A DNA stretch of 64,000 bases from Vulcanimicrobiales bacterium. Its GTDB lineage: Bacteria; Vulcanimicrobiota; Vulcanimicrobiia; Vulcanimicrobiales; Vulcanimicrobiaceae. The notes under the pieces are model-generated. The model was not told where the DNA came from. It made no database searches and saw only the letters and a list, made by a program, of their open reading frames with translations. The position numbers were made by a program, and so were the translations under genes. This document shows positions 41,474-51,734 of this stretch, piece by piece. Every line of letters starts with the position of its first letter. Position 1 is the stretch's first letter. The stretch is from contig JBBRLI010000008.1 in assembly GCA_038231455.1 (NCBI GenBank), forward strand, positions 78,931 through 142,930. Direction: 5' to 3'.

Positions 41474-43233
41474 TATCCGGTCGTTCCCAAATAGGCGGAG
41501 ACCACGGCGGGATCGTTGCGAACGCTCGTTGCATCACCATCCGCGATCTTCACGCCGAATTTGAGCACCATCACGCGGTCGCTGATCGCCATCACGAGTT
41601 TCATGTCGTGCTCGATGAGCAACAGGGTCATACCGCGCTCGCGCAGCGCGAGAAGATCGTCTTGCAACATTGCGCGTTCGCGGGCGTTGAGGCCGGCGGC
41701 GGGTTCGTCGACGAGCAGCATCCACGGATCGGCGGCAATCGCGCGCGCGAGTTCGACGCGCCGCCGTTCGCCAAATGGTAAATCGCGCGCTTCCATTCCG
41801 GCGATCGATTCGAGCCCCAGTCGCGCGAGCGTCGCGCGAGCACGATCCGTCGATTCGCGTTGCGCGTGTCGCGATGCAGGGAGCGCGAGCAGATCGGCGC
41901 CGAACGATGTCCGCTCGCTGCGAATGAGTCCGGCGACGACATTTTCGAGGACCGTCATCTCATCGAAGAGACGCGCGTTTTGAAACGTGCGACCAACGCC
42001 GAGCGAGGCGATCCGGTGCGGCTGCCAGCCCGTGACATCGCGACCGGCGATGTTCACGTTGCCTGCGCTGAGCTTGCCGACCCCACAAATCGCATTGAAG
42101 AGCGTGGTCTTCCCCGCGCCGTTCGGCCCGATGAGCGATGTGAGCGATCCCCGTTCGAGCGTGAAGTTTACCGCATCGACGGCTGTCAGTCCACCGAAGC
42201 GTTTGGTCACGTCGTGGACGACGAGCGGCGAATCCAAATTTAGCGGACGAACGGGAGCTGCAGCAACCGGGAGCGTGGTAAGACCGGGAGCGGCGCGCGC
42301 TTCGCGCTTGGTGCGACGGAAGAGACCGATCACGCCACCCGGCGCGGCGATCACGACGATGATGACGAGTACGCCATAGGCGACTTCGCGCCAATTTTCG
42401 TATGCGTGGCCGGAGATATCGAGAAAGCCGATGAGAGCGGCGCCGATGAGGGCGCCGCTGACGCCACCTTGTCCGCCGAGCACCACCATCAAGAGAATGT
42501 CGATCGAGAGCGCGGCGCCGACGGCGTCGGGTACGATCAATCCGAGATACGCGGCATAGATCGCGCCGCTCAGTCCCGCCAGTGCCCCGGCGTAGGCGAA
42601 CGCGAGAATCTTATAGCGCCGGGTAGCAACACCGATGACGTCGGCGGCGAGTTCGTCGTTGCGAATCGTTTCAAATGCGCGCCCGGTGCGGCCCCGTAGC
42701 AGGTTGAGCGTGAGAAAAGCCGCGATCAGTGCAACGGCCCAGGCGAACCAGTAGGCGGCGTAACCGGAGAGCGAAAGCGAACCGATCGTCGCATACGGAA
42801 TCGAGCTGATCCCGCTTGCTCCGCCAAAGAGTTTGGACTCATGAAAGAGACCGACGACGATCAGCCCAAAGCTGAGCGTTGCCATAGCAAGATAGTGGCC
42901 GCGAAAACGGAGCGCGATGAAGCCGACGCCGAGGCCCACCAGCGTCGCCGCGAACACACCGACGATTGCGGCCGGCCAAAACGGCCAGTTCAACGTGGAC
43001 GTGAGATAGCCGACGACGTAGGCCCCGATCCCGAAGAAGCCCGCCTGCCCGATCGAAATCTGTTTGACGTTGCCGAGCAAGAGCGAGAGTCCGATCGCTG
43101 CAATCGCGTAGATCGCCGCATACGTGCCGGCTTGCGCGTAGGTCGCGTTGCGCGCGAGCGTTATTCCGAAGATGGCAACGATCAGCGCGAGGATCGGCAG
43201 TGCGCGGGCATCCGCGCGTAAACGCGCGATCAA
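41473..43233 (-). CDS. Fused LivM permease-LivG ATPase
   Basis: RFRGHYLAMAT permease motif followed by GPNGAGKTT, DEPAAG and IEHDM. Confidence 0.9.
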   Translation of the reverse strand: MIARLRADARALPILALIVAIFGITLARNATYAQAGTYAAIYAIAAIGLSLLLGNVKQISIGQAGFFGIGAYVVGYLTSTLNWPFWPAAIVGVFAATLVGLGVGFIALRFRGHYLAMATLSFGLIVVGLFHESKLFGGASGISSIPYATIGSLSLSGYAAYWFAWAVALIAAFLTLNLLRGRTGRAFETIRNDELAADVIGVATRRYKILAFAYAGALAGLSGAIYAAYLGLIVPDAVGAALSIDILLMVVLGGQGGVSGALIGAALIGFLDISGHAYENWREVAYGVLVIIVVIAAPGGVIGLFRRTKREARAAPGLTTLPVAAAPVRPLNLDSPLVVHDVTKRFGGLTAVDAVNFTLERGSLTSLIGPNGAGKTTLFNAICGVGKLSAGNVNIAGRDVTGWQPHRIASLGVGRTFQNARLFDEMTVLENVVAGLIRSERTSFGADLLALPASRHAQRESTDRARATLARLGLESIAGMEARDLPFGERRRVELARAIAADPWMLLVDEPAAGLNARERAMLQDDLLALRERGMTLLLIEHDMKLVMAISDRVMVLKFGVKIADGDATSVRNDPAVVSAYLGTTG

Positions 43234-44108
43234 TCGCGCACCGCGGCGCGCGAACCAAAGAGTCCTTGCGGTCGCACGAGGAGCCCGATGAGCAGCAGCG
43301 AGTAAATCAGTGGATCGGCAACTCCGTACGAAAACTGTCCCTGAAGCAGTTTCTCGATAGTGCCGACGAGCAAACCGCCGACAACGCAGCCGACGGGTGA
43401 TTCGAGACCACCAACAATCGCCCCGACGAAGCCCTTGATGGAGATTGCGACGCCGCCCGCGCCTCCCACGAGCGTGATCGGCCCGATGATCGTTCCGCCA
43501 AATGCCGCAAGTGCAATCGCAATCCCGACCGAAATCGCGCGCGCGCCGGTGATATCGATGCCGACCAGGCGCGCTCCCAGTGGATTGTTCGCCGCTGCAC
43601 GGATTGCTTTTCCGTAGTATGTCTTCTCAAAGAAGAGATACATTGCGGCGAGCGCCGCGAGTAAGAGAACGAAGACCCAGATCGATTGATAAGGAATCGA
43701 GAGGCCGCCGAGATTGAGCGCATCGGAGGCCTCGCCGGTAAACGCCGGGAGCGGCTGCGGCAGGCTTCCCCACCCCGGCACGAGCGCATGACCGTATAGT
43801 AAGATGAAAATCGTGCCGATCGTCGCGATGGTTAGCGAAATTTCGCCAAAGCGGGCGGCGGGTCGCAGAATAACGCGTTCGTAGATCAGGCCAAGTCCGA
43901 AGCCGAGGATCGTTGCACCGGCAAGCGCCACCCAGGCGTTGACGTGGAACAACTGAACGATCGAGAGTGCGAAGAGGCCGCCGACGATCACGAACTCGCC
44001 CTGCGCGAAGTTCACGATGCGCGTGGCGCGCAAGATGATGTGTATTCCGAGTGCGACGAGGGCGTAGCCGCTGCCCACGGTTACGCCTGCCACAAGGAGT
44101 TGGAGCAT
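43230..44108 (-). CDS. livH: LivH-like ABC permease
   Basis: VNFAQGEF and RPQGLFG motifs. Confidence 0.9.
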   Translation of the reverse strand: MLQLLVAGVTVGSGYALVALGIHIILRATRIVNFAQGEFVIVGGLFALSIVQLFHVNAWVALAGATILGFGLGLIYERVILRPAARFGEISLTIATIGTIFILLYGHALVPGWGSLPQPLPAFTGEASDALNLGGLSIPYQSIWVFVLLLAALAAMYLFFEKTYYGKAIRAAANNPLGARLVGIDITGARAISVGIAIALAAFGGTIIGPITLVGGAGGVAISIKGFVGAIVGGLESPVGCVVGGLLVGTIEKLLQGQFSYGVADPLIYSLLLIGLLVRPQGLFGSRAAVRD

Positions 44109-44169
44109 GCCCGGCCTAGAATCCGTATGGGGATTTGTTTCTCCTGTCGCTACAGACTAAGGAGTTTTT

Positions 44170-45318
44170 ATGGTTCGCATCGCCCGCGCGGCTCTTGCCG
44201 CCGCCGCCCTCATCGCGCTCGTCGCCCCACCGGTCACGGCAGCTCCGGCGGCACCCTCCGGAACGCCGATCGTAATCGGAGCCGTGCTCTCGATTACCGG
44301 CAACTACGCGCCGCTCGGCGAGCCCGAGCGCAATGCACTCAAAATCGCCGAAGCCGAGATCAACGCCAGCGGCGGCGTTGCGGGTCATCCGCTTTCCATC
44401 AAGATCCTCGATGATGAAGGCAAGCCCGATACGGCGCAGCAGCTCACAACGCAACTCGTCGGCGAACATGTGGCGGCGATCATCGGTGGCACGCTCACGC
44501 CGACGACCCTTGCCATGACGCGCGTGACGAATGATGCAAAGATCGTCGAGATCTACATGAACCCGACAGATTCGCTCTGGAATACGAAGAACGGCGTGAT
44601 GAAGTATCTCTTCGAGTCAACGCCGCGCAACGAACTCGAAGCAACGAAGCTCATGGGCTATCTTAAGAACAAACTCAAGCGAACGAAAATTGCGATCATG
44701 CACGATGAGGCACCGTACGGGACGACCGGCGCGCCGATCGTGGCCGCGGTTGCAAAATCACTCGGCCTTGAGGTAGTCGACGATGAATCGTACCCGGTCG
44801 CTGCGACCGACATGACGGCCCAACTGCAGAAGGCGATGAAGGCGGGCGCCGATGCGCTCGTGATCTGGACGGCCGGGCCGGCGGCACCGATTCTCGTACG
44901 CCAGGCAAAACAATTCGGTTTCAAAGGCACGATAATGGGCTCGACCGGGATCGCATCGGATAACTTCCTCAAAGTTTCCGGCCGCGACGGTTACGACGTG
45001 TACGCCGATCTCGATCTGAACTACACGCATCCCGACGCCGGTCAGCGCAAATTCCTCGACCTCTATCGCAAAGCATATAACGCGCGCCCCTCCAACTTTG
45101 CTTCGTTTGCGTGGGACGCCGCGCACCTCTTGGCGTTTGCCATCGGAAAAACCAAAGGCGACGTCAGCGGCGATTCGCTCAGCGCTGCGCTCACGACGAT
45201 GCATCCGTACCGGGGCACGACGGGGGAATTCAAGTTCACCGCGACCGACCACAACGGTTTGAAAATCGAGGCCGTCAAAATGTGTATCGAGCACGGTGCC
45301 TGGGTCATTATTGAATAA
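44170..45318 (+). CDS. LivK-like ABC substrate-binding protein
   Basis: Signal peptide; EINASGGVAG motif; divergent from liv permeases. Confidence 0.88.
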   Translation: MVRIARAALAAAALIALVAPPVTAAPAAPSGTPIVIGAVLSITGNYAPLGEPERNALKIAEAEINASGGVAGHPLSIKILDDEGKPDTAQQLTTQLVGEHVAAIIGGTLTPTTLAMTRVTNDAKIVEIYMNPTDSLWNTKNGVMKYLFESTPRNELEATKLMGYLKNKLKRTKIAIMHDEAPYGTTGAPIVAAVAKSLGLEVVDDESYPVAATDMTAQLQKAMKAGADALVIWTAGPAAPILVRQAKQFGFKGTIMGSTGIASDNFLKVSGRDGYDVYADLDLNYTHPDAGQRKFLDLYRKAYNARPSNFASFAWDAAHLLAFAIGKTKGDVSGDSLSAALTTMHPYRGTTGEFKFTATDHNGLKIEAVKMCIEHGAWVIIE

Positions 45319-46399
45319 GGACGCGGTGCGCGTTCACGAAGCCGACGAGCGCGCATATATCGAACGCGCGCTCACACACATCGGCGTGAGCGCTCAGCAG
45401 GCACGCGAGGTCGCAGACGTGCTCGTTGCCGCCGATATTCGCGGCATCGAATCGCACGGAATCGCACGGCTACGGTGGTTCTATGTGGATCGGATTCGAC
45501 TTGGTACGATCAATGCGAATCCGAACTACATCGTCCTCAAGGATACGCCGACGTCGTATCTGCTCGATGCCGATAACGGTCTCGGGCACCCGGCTTCGAT
45601 TCAAGCGATGCGCGCGGCGATCGAGAAAGCGCGCGATAGCGGGATCGCGTTCTCGGCCGTACGCAATTCCAATCACTACGGCATCGCCGCATACTATGCC
45701 ATGATGGCGCTACCCGAGGATATGATCGGGATTTCGTCGACCGATTCCGCGCATTTCGCGGTGCCGACGTACGGGCGCGAGAAGATGCAGGGCACGAACC
45801 CATTCGCATTCGCAATCCCAGCGGGCGAAGAGCCCGCGTTCGTCCTCGATTTTGCAACGACAACCGTAACGTACGGAAAACTCGAAGTGTACGAACGTAA
45901 AGGCCTCAAACTCAAACCCGGTTGGGCAGTCGATCGCGACGGCAAAAGCACGGACGATCCGACGGAAGCGCGTTTCCACGGCGCGCTAACGCCACTCGGC
46001 GGGATCGGCACCGAGAACGGCGGTCACAAAGGCTACGGCCTAGGTGCACTCAGCGAAATCCTCACCGGCGTACTCGCCGGCGGCCTCTTTGGAATAGACT
46101 TGAGTATCCCCGAGGGGCCGAAGTCGCGCGGCGGGATCACCTCGCACTGGTTCGGCGCGCTGCGCATCGACCGGATGCGCGACATCGCCGAATTCAAAGC
46201 CGACCTCGACCGCGAACTACGCCAATTCAAAGACAGCGTGAAGGCACCCGGCCAGGACCGCATCTACGTCGCAGGTGAAATCGAACACGAGACCACGATC
46301 GCTTACAAGCGCGACGGAATTCCACTCGTCGAAAAAATCTGGGAAGACCTCGATGCGATGGCGGGCGAAATCGGTATTTCGAAACTCGCGCGGTTCTAG
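45311..46399 (+). CDS. Ldh_2 (malate/L-lactate/ureidoglycolate-type) oxidoreductase
   Basis: GIESHG, NSNHYG, GTNP and GHKGYGL motifs. Confidence 0.9.
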   Translation: MNKDAVRVHEADERAYIERALTHIGVSAQQAREVADVLVAADIRGIESHGIARLRWFYVDRIRLGTINANPNYIVLKDTPTSYLLDADNGLGHPASIQAMRAAIEKARDSGIAFSAVRNSNHYGIAAYYAMMALPEDMIGISSTDSAHFAVPTYGREKMQGTNPFAFAIPAGEEPAFVLDFATTTVTYGKLEVYERKGLKLKPGWAVDRDGKSTDDPTEARFHGALTPLGGIGTENGGHKGYGLGALSEILTGVLAGGLFGIDLSIPEGPKSRGGITSHWFGALRIDRMRDIAEFKADLDRELRQFKDSVKAPGQDRIYVAGEIEHETTIAYKRDGIPLVEKIWEDLDAMAGEIGISKLARF

Positions 46400-46517
46400 T
46401 ATCGGGGAGGCGCCGGCGTATCGTCTCGACGTAGCTTCATGAGATTCTGGTGAAGGAAGCGCGTTTTGCGGTCCTGGCGGCGAACAATCGCAGCACCGGG
46501 TACGTTGGAGGATCGAC

Positions 46518-47201
46518 ATGAACAAATCACTCGCGCTCTTTTGCGGCCTTGTTTTGCTTAGCGGATCCCTAGCGGGCGCCGCGCGTGCAGACGAAATGCC
46601 CGGGATGACGATGGCATCCGGGCCGATGTCGCATATGTCGATGACGACGCTTCGAGCCTCGAACGCGGCCGACCGCGAGCGGGCCGCGGCGATCGTCGTT
46701 TCGGCGAAAGCCGTCATGGCGCAGTATACCGATGTCGCTAGCGCCACGCGCGATGGCTATAAGAAGTTTCTCCCGACGATCGAGCTGCCAATGGAGCATT
46801 TCACGAACGACGCGTATGCCGTGGAGGCGTACGGCGGACATTTGAATCCGGCCCATCCAACCTCGCTCATCTACGAGCGGAAAGGCGCCCAGCTCCGCTT
46901 AGTCGGCGTGATGTATACCGCCGCGCGGACGGCAAGCGACGATCAACTCAATGCGATGGTCCCCTTGAGCGTAGCGCAGTGGCACAAACACGTGAATTAC
47001 TGCTTCCCGCCCGCCGGTACCAAAGGCGATGCGCGATTTGGTCTTGGCGGGACGATCGCCTCGAAAGACGCCTGCGACGCCGTCGGTGGCCGTTGGATGC
47101 CGCAACTCTTCGGCTGGATGGTCCACGTCTGGCCGCTTGAATCCGATCCCAAAACACAGTGGGCCGTCGACCATCCCGGCGACAGCCATCATTCGATGTA
47201 G
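46518..47201 (+). CDS. Secreted hypothetical protein (Met/His-rich)
   Basis: GGAGG RBS, signal peptide, MEHF / WHKH / WMVHVW segments. Confidence 0.75.
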   Translation: MNKSLALFCGLVLLSGSLAGAARADEMPGMTMASGPMSHMSMTTLRASNAADRERAAAIVVSAKAVMAQYTDVASATRDGYKKFLPTIELPMEHFTNDAYAVEAYGGHLNPAHPTSLIYERKGAQLRLVGVMYTAARTASDDQLNAMVPLSVAQWHKHVNYCFPPAGTKGDARFGLGGTIASKDACDAVGGRWMPQLFGWMVHVWPLESDPKTQWAVDHPGDSHHSM

Positions 47202-47207
47202 TCCCGC

Positions 47208-47663
47208 TTAGAGTTTGAGCACCATCTCGGTGCTCGGTCGAAAACCGAGCGCTGTGTAAAGTGGCCTCGCCTCATCGGTCGGCGAGAGCACGATCCGGTA
47301 CGGAGCGCGTGCGCGCAAGTCGTCGATGAGTGCGTTGACCATTGCTTTGCCCACACCGCGTCTTCGATGAGGGGGGTCGACAAAGACGTTGTGTACGCGT
47401 GCTTCGGAGGTGTTGTGGTATCCCTCGCGCGGCAAGTACGGGCGCAGATACCCAACCGCGACAGCGATGGGATTCGCGCTCGATTCGGCGACCCACGCGA
47501 TCACCTCGCCGGTCTGCATTCCCGCGAGAAAGAACGCTAGCCAACGGGCTTGAATCTCGACGTCCGATTCTTCGCCGTGGACTTCGCGTTGCAGACGAAC
47601 GCGAAAGTTGACCAGCGTCGCGCAGTCCTCGGGCGACGCACGCCGAAGCGCGCCGATGTTCAC
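47208..47663 (-). CDS. GNAT acetyltransferase
   Basis: VFVDPPHRRRGVG and LYTALGF motifs. Confidence 0.85.
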   Translation of the reverse strand: MNIGALRRASPEDCATLVNFRVRLQREVHGEESDVEIQARWLAFFLAGMQTGEVIAWVAESSANPIAVAVGYLRPYLPREGYHNTSEARVHNVFVDPPHRRRGVGKAMVNALIDDLRARAPYRIVLSPTDEARPLYTALGFRPSTEMVLKL

Positions 47664-48448
47664 GCGCCGGTGAACATCGGCGGACGCTTGTTGCGGAATG
47701 CGTCGAGGCCTTCGGCAAAGTCACTGGTCGCCGCGGCGATCCCTTGCATCTCCGCTTCGAATGCAAGAGCGTCGGCGAGTTCGCCGATCCCGTTGTGCAC
47801 GAGTTCCCGTTTGATGTAGCCGAGGGATTTCGGTCCGTGTGCGAGGGCATCGGCGAGCGCGCGCGCTTCGGTCATCAGGTTTTCAGGCGCGACAAGTTTG
47901 GTTGCGAGGCCGAGCAGGTCGGCTTTTTTCGCGTCGATTTTTTCTGAGAGCATCGTGAATTCCATCGCGCGACCGTAGCCGACGAAGCGCGGTAAGAGAT
48001 AGGACGTGCCGCTATCGGGGACGAGGCCGATCTTCGCAAAGGCGGTCGTGAACGACGCTGCCTCGCTGACAATGCGAAAATCGCACGCAAGCGCGATGCC
48101 GAATCCCGCGCCCGCCGCTACGCCGTTAACCGCAGCAACAACGGGCTTTTCGATGGTGAGAATTTCTAGGAGCAGCGGGTTAAAGCGGTCCGTCACGGAG
48201 CTTGCAAGTGCGCCGTCATTGCGTTCACCGAGCGTTCGTTCGTCATCGAGCGCTTGGCCCGCACAGAACCCTTTGCCGTTACCCGTCACGATGATCGAGC
48301 GCACGGTGTCGTTCGACTTTAACTGCTTGAACGTTGCGATGAGCGATTCGAGCAGATCGGCGGTCAGCGCGTTGTACGATGCCGGCCGGTCGAACGTGAT
48401 CGTGGCGATAGCGCCGTCGATTGAGAGCGTGTGCTGAATGGTGGTCAT
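47660..48448 (-). CDS. paaG: Enoyl-CoA hydratase/isomerase (PaaG-like)
   Basis: FCAGQ, NGVAAGAG and IGLVPDSG motifs; operon with paaK. Confidence 0.75.
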   Translation of the reverse strand: MTTIQHTLSIDGAIATITFDRPASYNALTADLLESLIATFKQLKSNDTVRSIIVTGNGKGFCAGQALDDERTLGERNDGALASSVTDRFNPLLLEILTIEKPVVAAVNGVAAGAGFGIALACDFRIVSEAASFTTAFAKIGLVPDSGTSYLLPRFVGYGRAMEFTMLSEKIDAKKADLLGLATKLVAPENLMTEARALADALAHGPKSLGYIKRELVHNGIGELADALAFEAEMQGIAAATSDFAEGLDAFRNKRPPMFTGA

Positions 48449-49197
48449 TGATTTCTCCAAGTCGGCGAACGGCGTTCGACAAATGCGGCGATCCCTTCGC
48501 GCGCGTCGTCAGTGGTGAGTAAGGCGAGGAAGTCGGCGCGTTCGGCCTGCAGGTTTTCGCCGAGCGAGGCTTCATAGGCACGGTCGAGCGCGTGTTTTGC
48601 AGTACGGATCGCGATCGGCGCTTTGGCGGCGATTTCGGCAGCCAGATCGAGAGCGGTCGAAAGCGTTTGGTCGGATGGAACGGATCGATTCGCGAGACCT
48701 CGCTCGCACGCTTCCCGGCCGCTGAGTTCGCGACCGACGAGGACCATCTCCATTGCGATGGTCTTGCCAACCGCGCGGATGAGACGCTGGGTGCCTCCCG
48801 CGCCCGGCATGACGCCAAGATTGATCTCGGGCTGACCGAGCCGCGCGTCATCGGCGACGATGAAGAGATCGCAGCTCATGGCTAGCTCGAGGCCGCCTCC
48901 AAGTGCCAGACCGCGCACGGCGGCGATTCGCGGGAGCGGCGATGCCCAGAGGCGATCCCACTGCGTGAGATCGGGTCCTTCGGTTTGAAATTCGACGATG
49001 TCGGCGCCGGCGGCAAAGGCACGTTCGTCGCCCGTAATCACCACCGCACGGGCCGTGCCGTCGGCGGCAAACGTCTCGAGCGCATCACCGAGCGCGCGCA
49101 GCAGTTCGTTATTCAGGGCGTTGAGGCGTTTTGGACGGTTGAGTTCGACGAGCGCGACGCCTGCGCGCGGGAAGCTGATGCGCAGCGTATCGCTCAT
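48445..49197 (-). CDS. paaF: Enoyl-CoA hydratase (PaaF-like)
   Basis: FAAGADI, GGGLEL and QPEINLG..PGAGGTQRL motifs. Confidence 0.75.
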   Translation of the reverse strand: MSDTLRISFPRAGVALVELNRPKRLNALNNELLRALGDALETFAADGTARAVVITGDERAFAAGADIVEFQTEGPDLTQWDRLWASPLPRIAAVRGLALGGGLELAMSCDLFIVADDARLGQPEINLGVMPGAGGTQRLIRAVGKTIAMEMVLVGRELSGREACERGLANRSVPSDQTLSTALDLAAEIAAKAPIAIRTAKHALDRAYEASLGENLQAERADFLALLTTDDAREGIAAFVERRSPTWRNQ

Positions 49198-50471
49198 GTA
49201 ACGCGTCGGTCGATCACGCGTTTCGCTTTGCCGACTTCGATGCGTTCGATCGTGTGCGGTGCGACGACGCGCGCTTCGCATGTGACGAGTAGGCTTTCAT
49301 TTAGCCGTTCGGCGACCCGTTTTGAGAGCGCGGTAAAGTCGATAGCAACGCCTTCGTGATACTCGACTTCGACCAGCATCTCATCGAGCGCGCCATGCGG
49401 ACGGTCGACGAAGATCCGATAATTCGAGGAAAGTTCGGGGAAGCCGAGCAACACTTCTTCGATGGCGGTGGGGAAGACGTTGACGCCCCGAATGACGAGC
49501 ATGTCGTCGACGCGCCCGGTCAGCCAATCGATGCGCGCCGTCGTGCGGCCGCATCGACACGGTTCGCGCGTGATCGAGGTAAGATCGCCGGTGCGGTAAC
49601 GGAGCACCGGCATCGCTTCGCGCGTGAGGGTTGTAAGGACGAGTTCGCCGCGCATCCCGTCTGCAAGGGGCTCGTGCGTGGTCTCATCGAGAATCTCGGC
49701 CAGAAAATGATCTTCTTGCACGTGCATTCCCGCTTGCGCATCGACGCACTCCGAGGCAACGCCGGGACCGATGATTTCGGTCAATCCGTAGATATTCGTC
49801 GCCCGCACGCCGAGCTGCGATTCGAGTTCGGCGCGCATTTCTTTGGTCCACGCTTCAGCGCCGCAGATCGCATACCGCAGGGCCATCGGCGTGCGGTGCT
49901 CGGTACGGAAACGCTCGGCAAGCAACATTGCGTAGCTCGGCGTCGCGCCGATGCCGACGATCGGTAGGGCTTCGAGTAACTGCATTTGCCGCGCCGTGTT
50001 GCCACTCGATGCGGGGATCACGCATGCGCCGAGCGCTTCGCCCCCACCGTGCATCCCGAGTCCGCCGGTGAAGAGCCCGTAGCCCCACGACACTTGGAAC
50101 ATTTCGCCGGGCATGACGCCCGCAAGTGCGAGACTACGCGCGTTGACCTCGGCAAAGATCGTAAGATCACGCTTGGTGTAGGCGCCGATCGTCGGGTTGC
50201 CGGTCGTGCCGGATGAGGCGTGTATGCGCGCGAGCGATGCTTGCGGTACGGCAAGCATCCCGAGCGGATAGGCATCGCGCAAATCGCCCTTCATCGTGAA
50301 CGGAAGGCCGGGGAGATCGGCAAGCGAGAGCGGTACCGCGACCCCCGCGAGTCGTTCGCGATACAGGGGTACGTTCTCGCGTAGTCGGCTCACGAGCGCC
50401 TTGAGACGCTCTGCCTGCAATGCTTCGAGGGCGCTGCGCTCGAGCTGTTCGAACGCCGGCTGGAAGATCAT
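49194..50471 (-). CDS. paaK: Phenylacetate-CoA ligase
   Basis: HASSGTTG, YGLFTGGLG, YGLTE, RYRTGD and RGVNVFP motifs. Confidence 0.88.
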   Translation of the reverse strand: MIFQPAFEQLERSALEALQAERLKALVSRLRENVPLYRERLAGVAVPLSLADLPGLPFTMKGDLRDAYPLGMLAVPQASLARIHASSGTTGNPTIGAYTKRDLTIFAEVNARSLALAGVMPGEMFQVSWGYGLFTGGLGMHGGGEALGACVIPASSGNTARQMQLLEALPIVGIGATPSYAMLLAERFRTEHRTPMALRYAICGAEAWTKEMRAELESQLGVRATNIYGLTEIIGPGVASECVDAQAGMHVQEDHFLAEILDETTHEPLADGMRGELVLTTLTREAMPVLRYRTGDLTSITREPCRCGRTTARIDWLTGRVDDMLVIRGVNVFPTAIEEVLLGFPELSSNYRIFVDRPHGALDEMLVEVEYHEGVAIDFTALSKRVAERLNESLLVTCEARVVAPHTIERIEVGKAKRVIDRRVT

Positions 50472-50524
50472 CGAGCGCGGGGGGCGGGTGCGAACGTCCA
50501 CGTTTGTGGGTACTGATGAGCATC

Positions 50525-50653
50525 ATGGCTCTCCTCGCCGAATATCAAATTCCCGAACAAGTCCCGGACGTGCCGAGCGGCCCCGACGCTCCGTCGTTCC
50601 CGACAACGCCCGCCGATCCGACGATGCCTGAGGGCGACCCGGCGCAAGGCTAG
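50525..50653 (+). CDS. Possible small Pro/acidic peptide
   Basis: MALLAEYQIPEQVPDVPSGPDAPSFPTTPADPTMPEGDPAQG fills an intergenic gap with genome-like codon use. Confidence 0.35.
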   Translation: MALLAEYQIPEQVPDVPSGPDAPSFPTTPADPTMPEGDPAQG

Positions 50654-50693
50654 CGAAGGCGGCCCGGATGCGCCACCGCGAACCTCGGCAGCC

Positions 50694-51734
50694 ATGAGTT
50701 CTGTGCAGCCGCTGATCCTTGAACCGACGCTGACGCCCGCGATTTGGGGCGGTGATGCGCTCGTTAAAACGTACGGAAAAACCGGTGACGCCAGCGCTCT
50801 TATCGGTGAGGCGTGGGAATGCTGGGACGAGAATCGTCTGGTGCGGACCGACGGGCAGACCGAAACGCTGGCACAAGCGCGCGTGCGGATGGGAGCGGTG
50901 CTCATGGGCGCGCTCGATCCGCGCGAACCGTTCCCTATTCTCACCAAGATCATCGATGCAAAACAGGCGCTTTCGGTGCAAGTGCATCCCGACGACGCCT
51001 ACGCGCAGCGCGTCGAGCATCAGCGCAATGGAAAAGCAGAGTGCTGGTACATCCTCTCTGCAGAACCCGGCGCGGAGCTGGTCTTAGGTTGGACGCGAGA
51101 TACGACGCGAGAAGAATACGAACGCCGCGTCGGCGACGGAACGCTCGGTGAGATCTTACGCCGTGTTCCCGTCGCTGCGGGCGATGCGTTCTATCTCCCC
51201 GCCGGGACATTACATGCGATCGGCGCGGGCATCCAACTTTTCGAGACCCAGCAGACAAGCGACCTCACCTATCGGATCTTCGACTGGAACCGCGTCGGCG
51301 CCGATGGCAAACCGCGCGAACTGCACGTTGAGAAGGCCGCGGACGTACTCGACTTTCACGCGCGCGGCCAAATTGCGATACAACCGCTTCAACACACGGA
51401 AGACGGCATCGAGCGAACACTCCTCATCGCCGACCGCCGCTTTCTTGTCGAGCGACTTCGTATGGTCGGTGCGTCCGGAATGTATTACACGAACGGACGG
51501 CCGATTGCGATGACCGCGCTTGCGGGCGAAGTCTTCGTGCGCGTCGGCGGCGTAGCGAGCACGATTGCGCCGTATCAAACGATCGTGATTCCCGCGGAAG
51601 CCGAGCGCATTGAATTTATTCCCCACAGCGTCGTTGCCGACGTCATCGCGGCGACGCCCGCCCCCGACCTTTCAGCGCTACAGGCGCAAATCGGCGACGG
51701 CGCGGCATTTTTCGCGCAATTTGCCGGACGCTAA
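50694..51734 (+). CDS. Type I mannose-6-phosphate isomerase
   Basis: IWGG, LSVQVHPDD, ECWY, GTLHA and SDLTYR motifs. Confidence 0.9.
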   Translation: MSSVQPLILEPTLTPAIWGGDALVKTYGKTGDASALIGEAWECWDENRLVRTDGQTETLAQARVRMGAVLMGALDPREPFPILTKIIDAKQALSVQVHPDDAYAQRVEHQRNGKAECWYILSAEPGAELVLGWTRDTTREEYERRVGDGTLGEILRRVPVAAGDAFYLPAGTLHAIGAGIQLFETQQTSDLTYRIFDWNRVGADGKPRELHVEKAADVLDFHARGQIAIQPLQHTEDGIERTLLIADRRFLVERLRMVGASGMYYTNGRPIAMTALAGEVFVRVGGVASTIAPYQTIVIPAEAERIEFIPHSVVADVIAATPAPDLSALQAQIGDGAAFFAQFAGR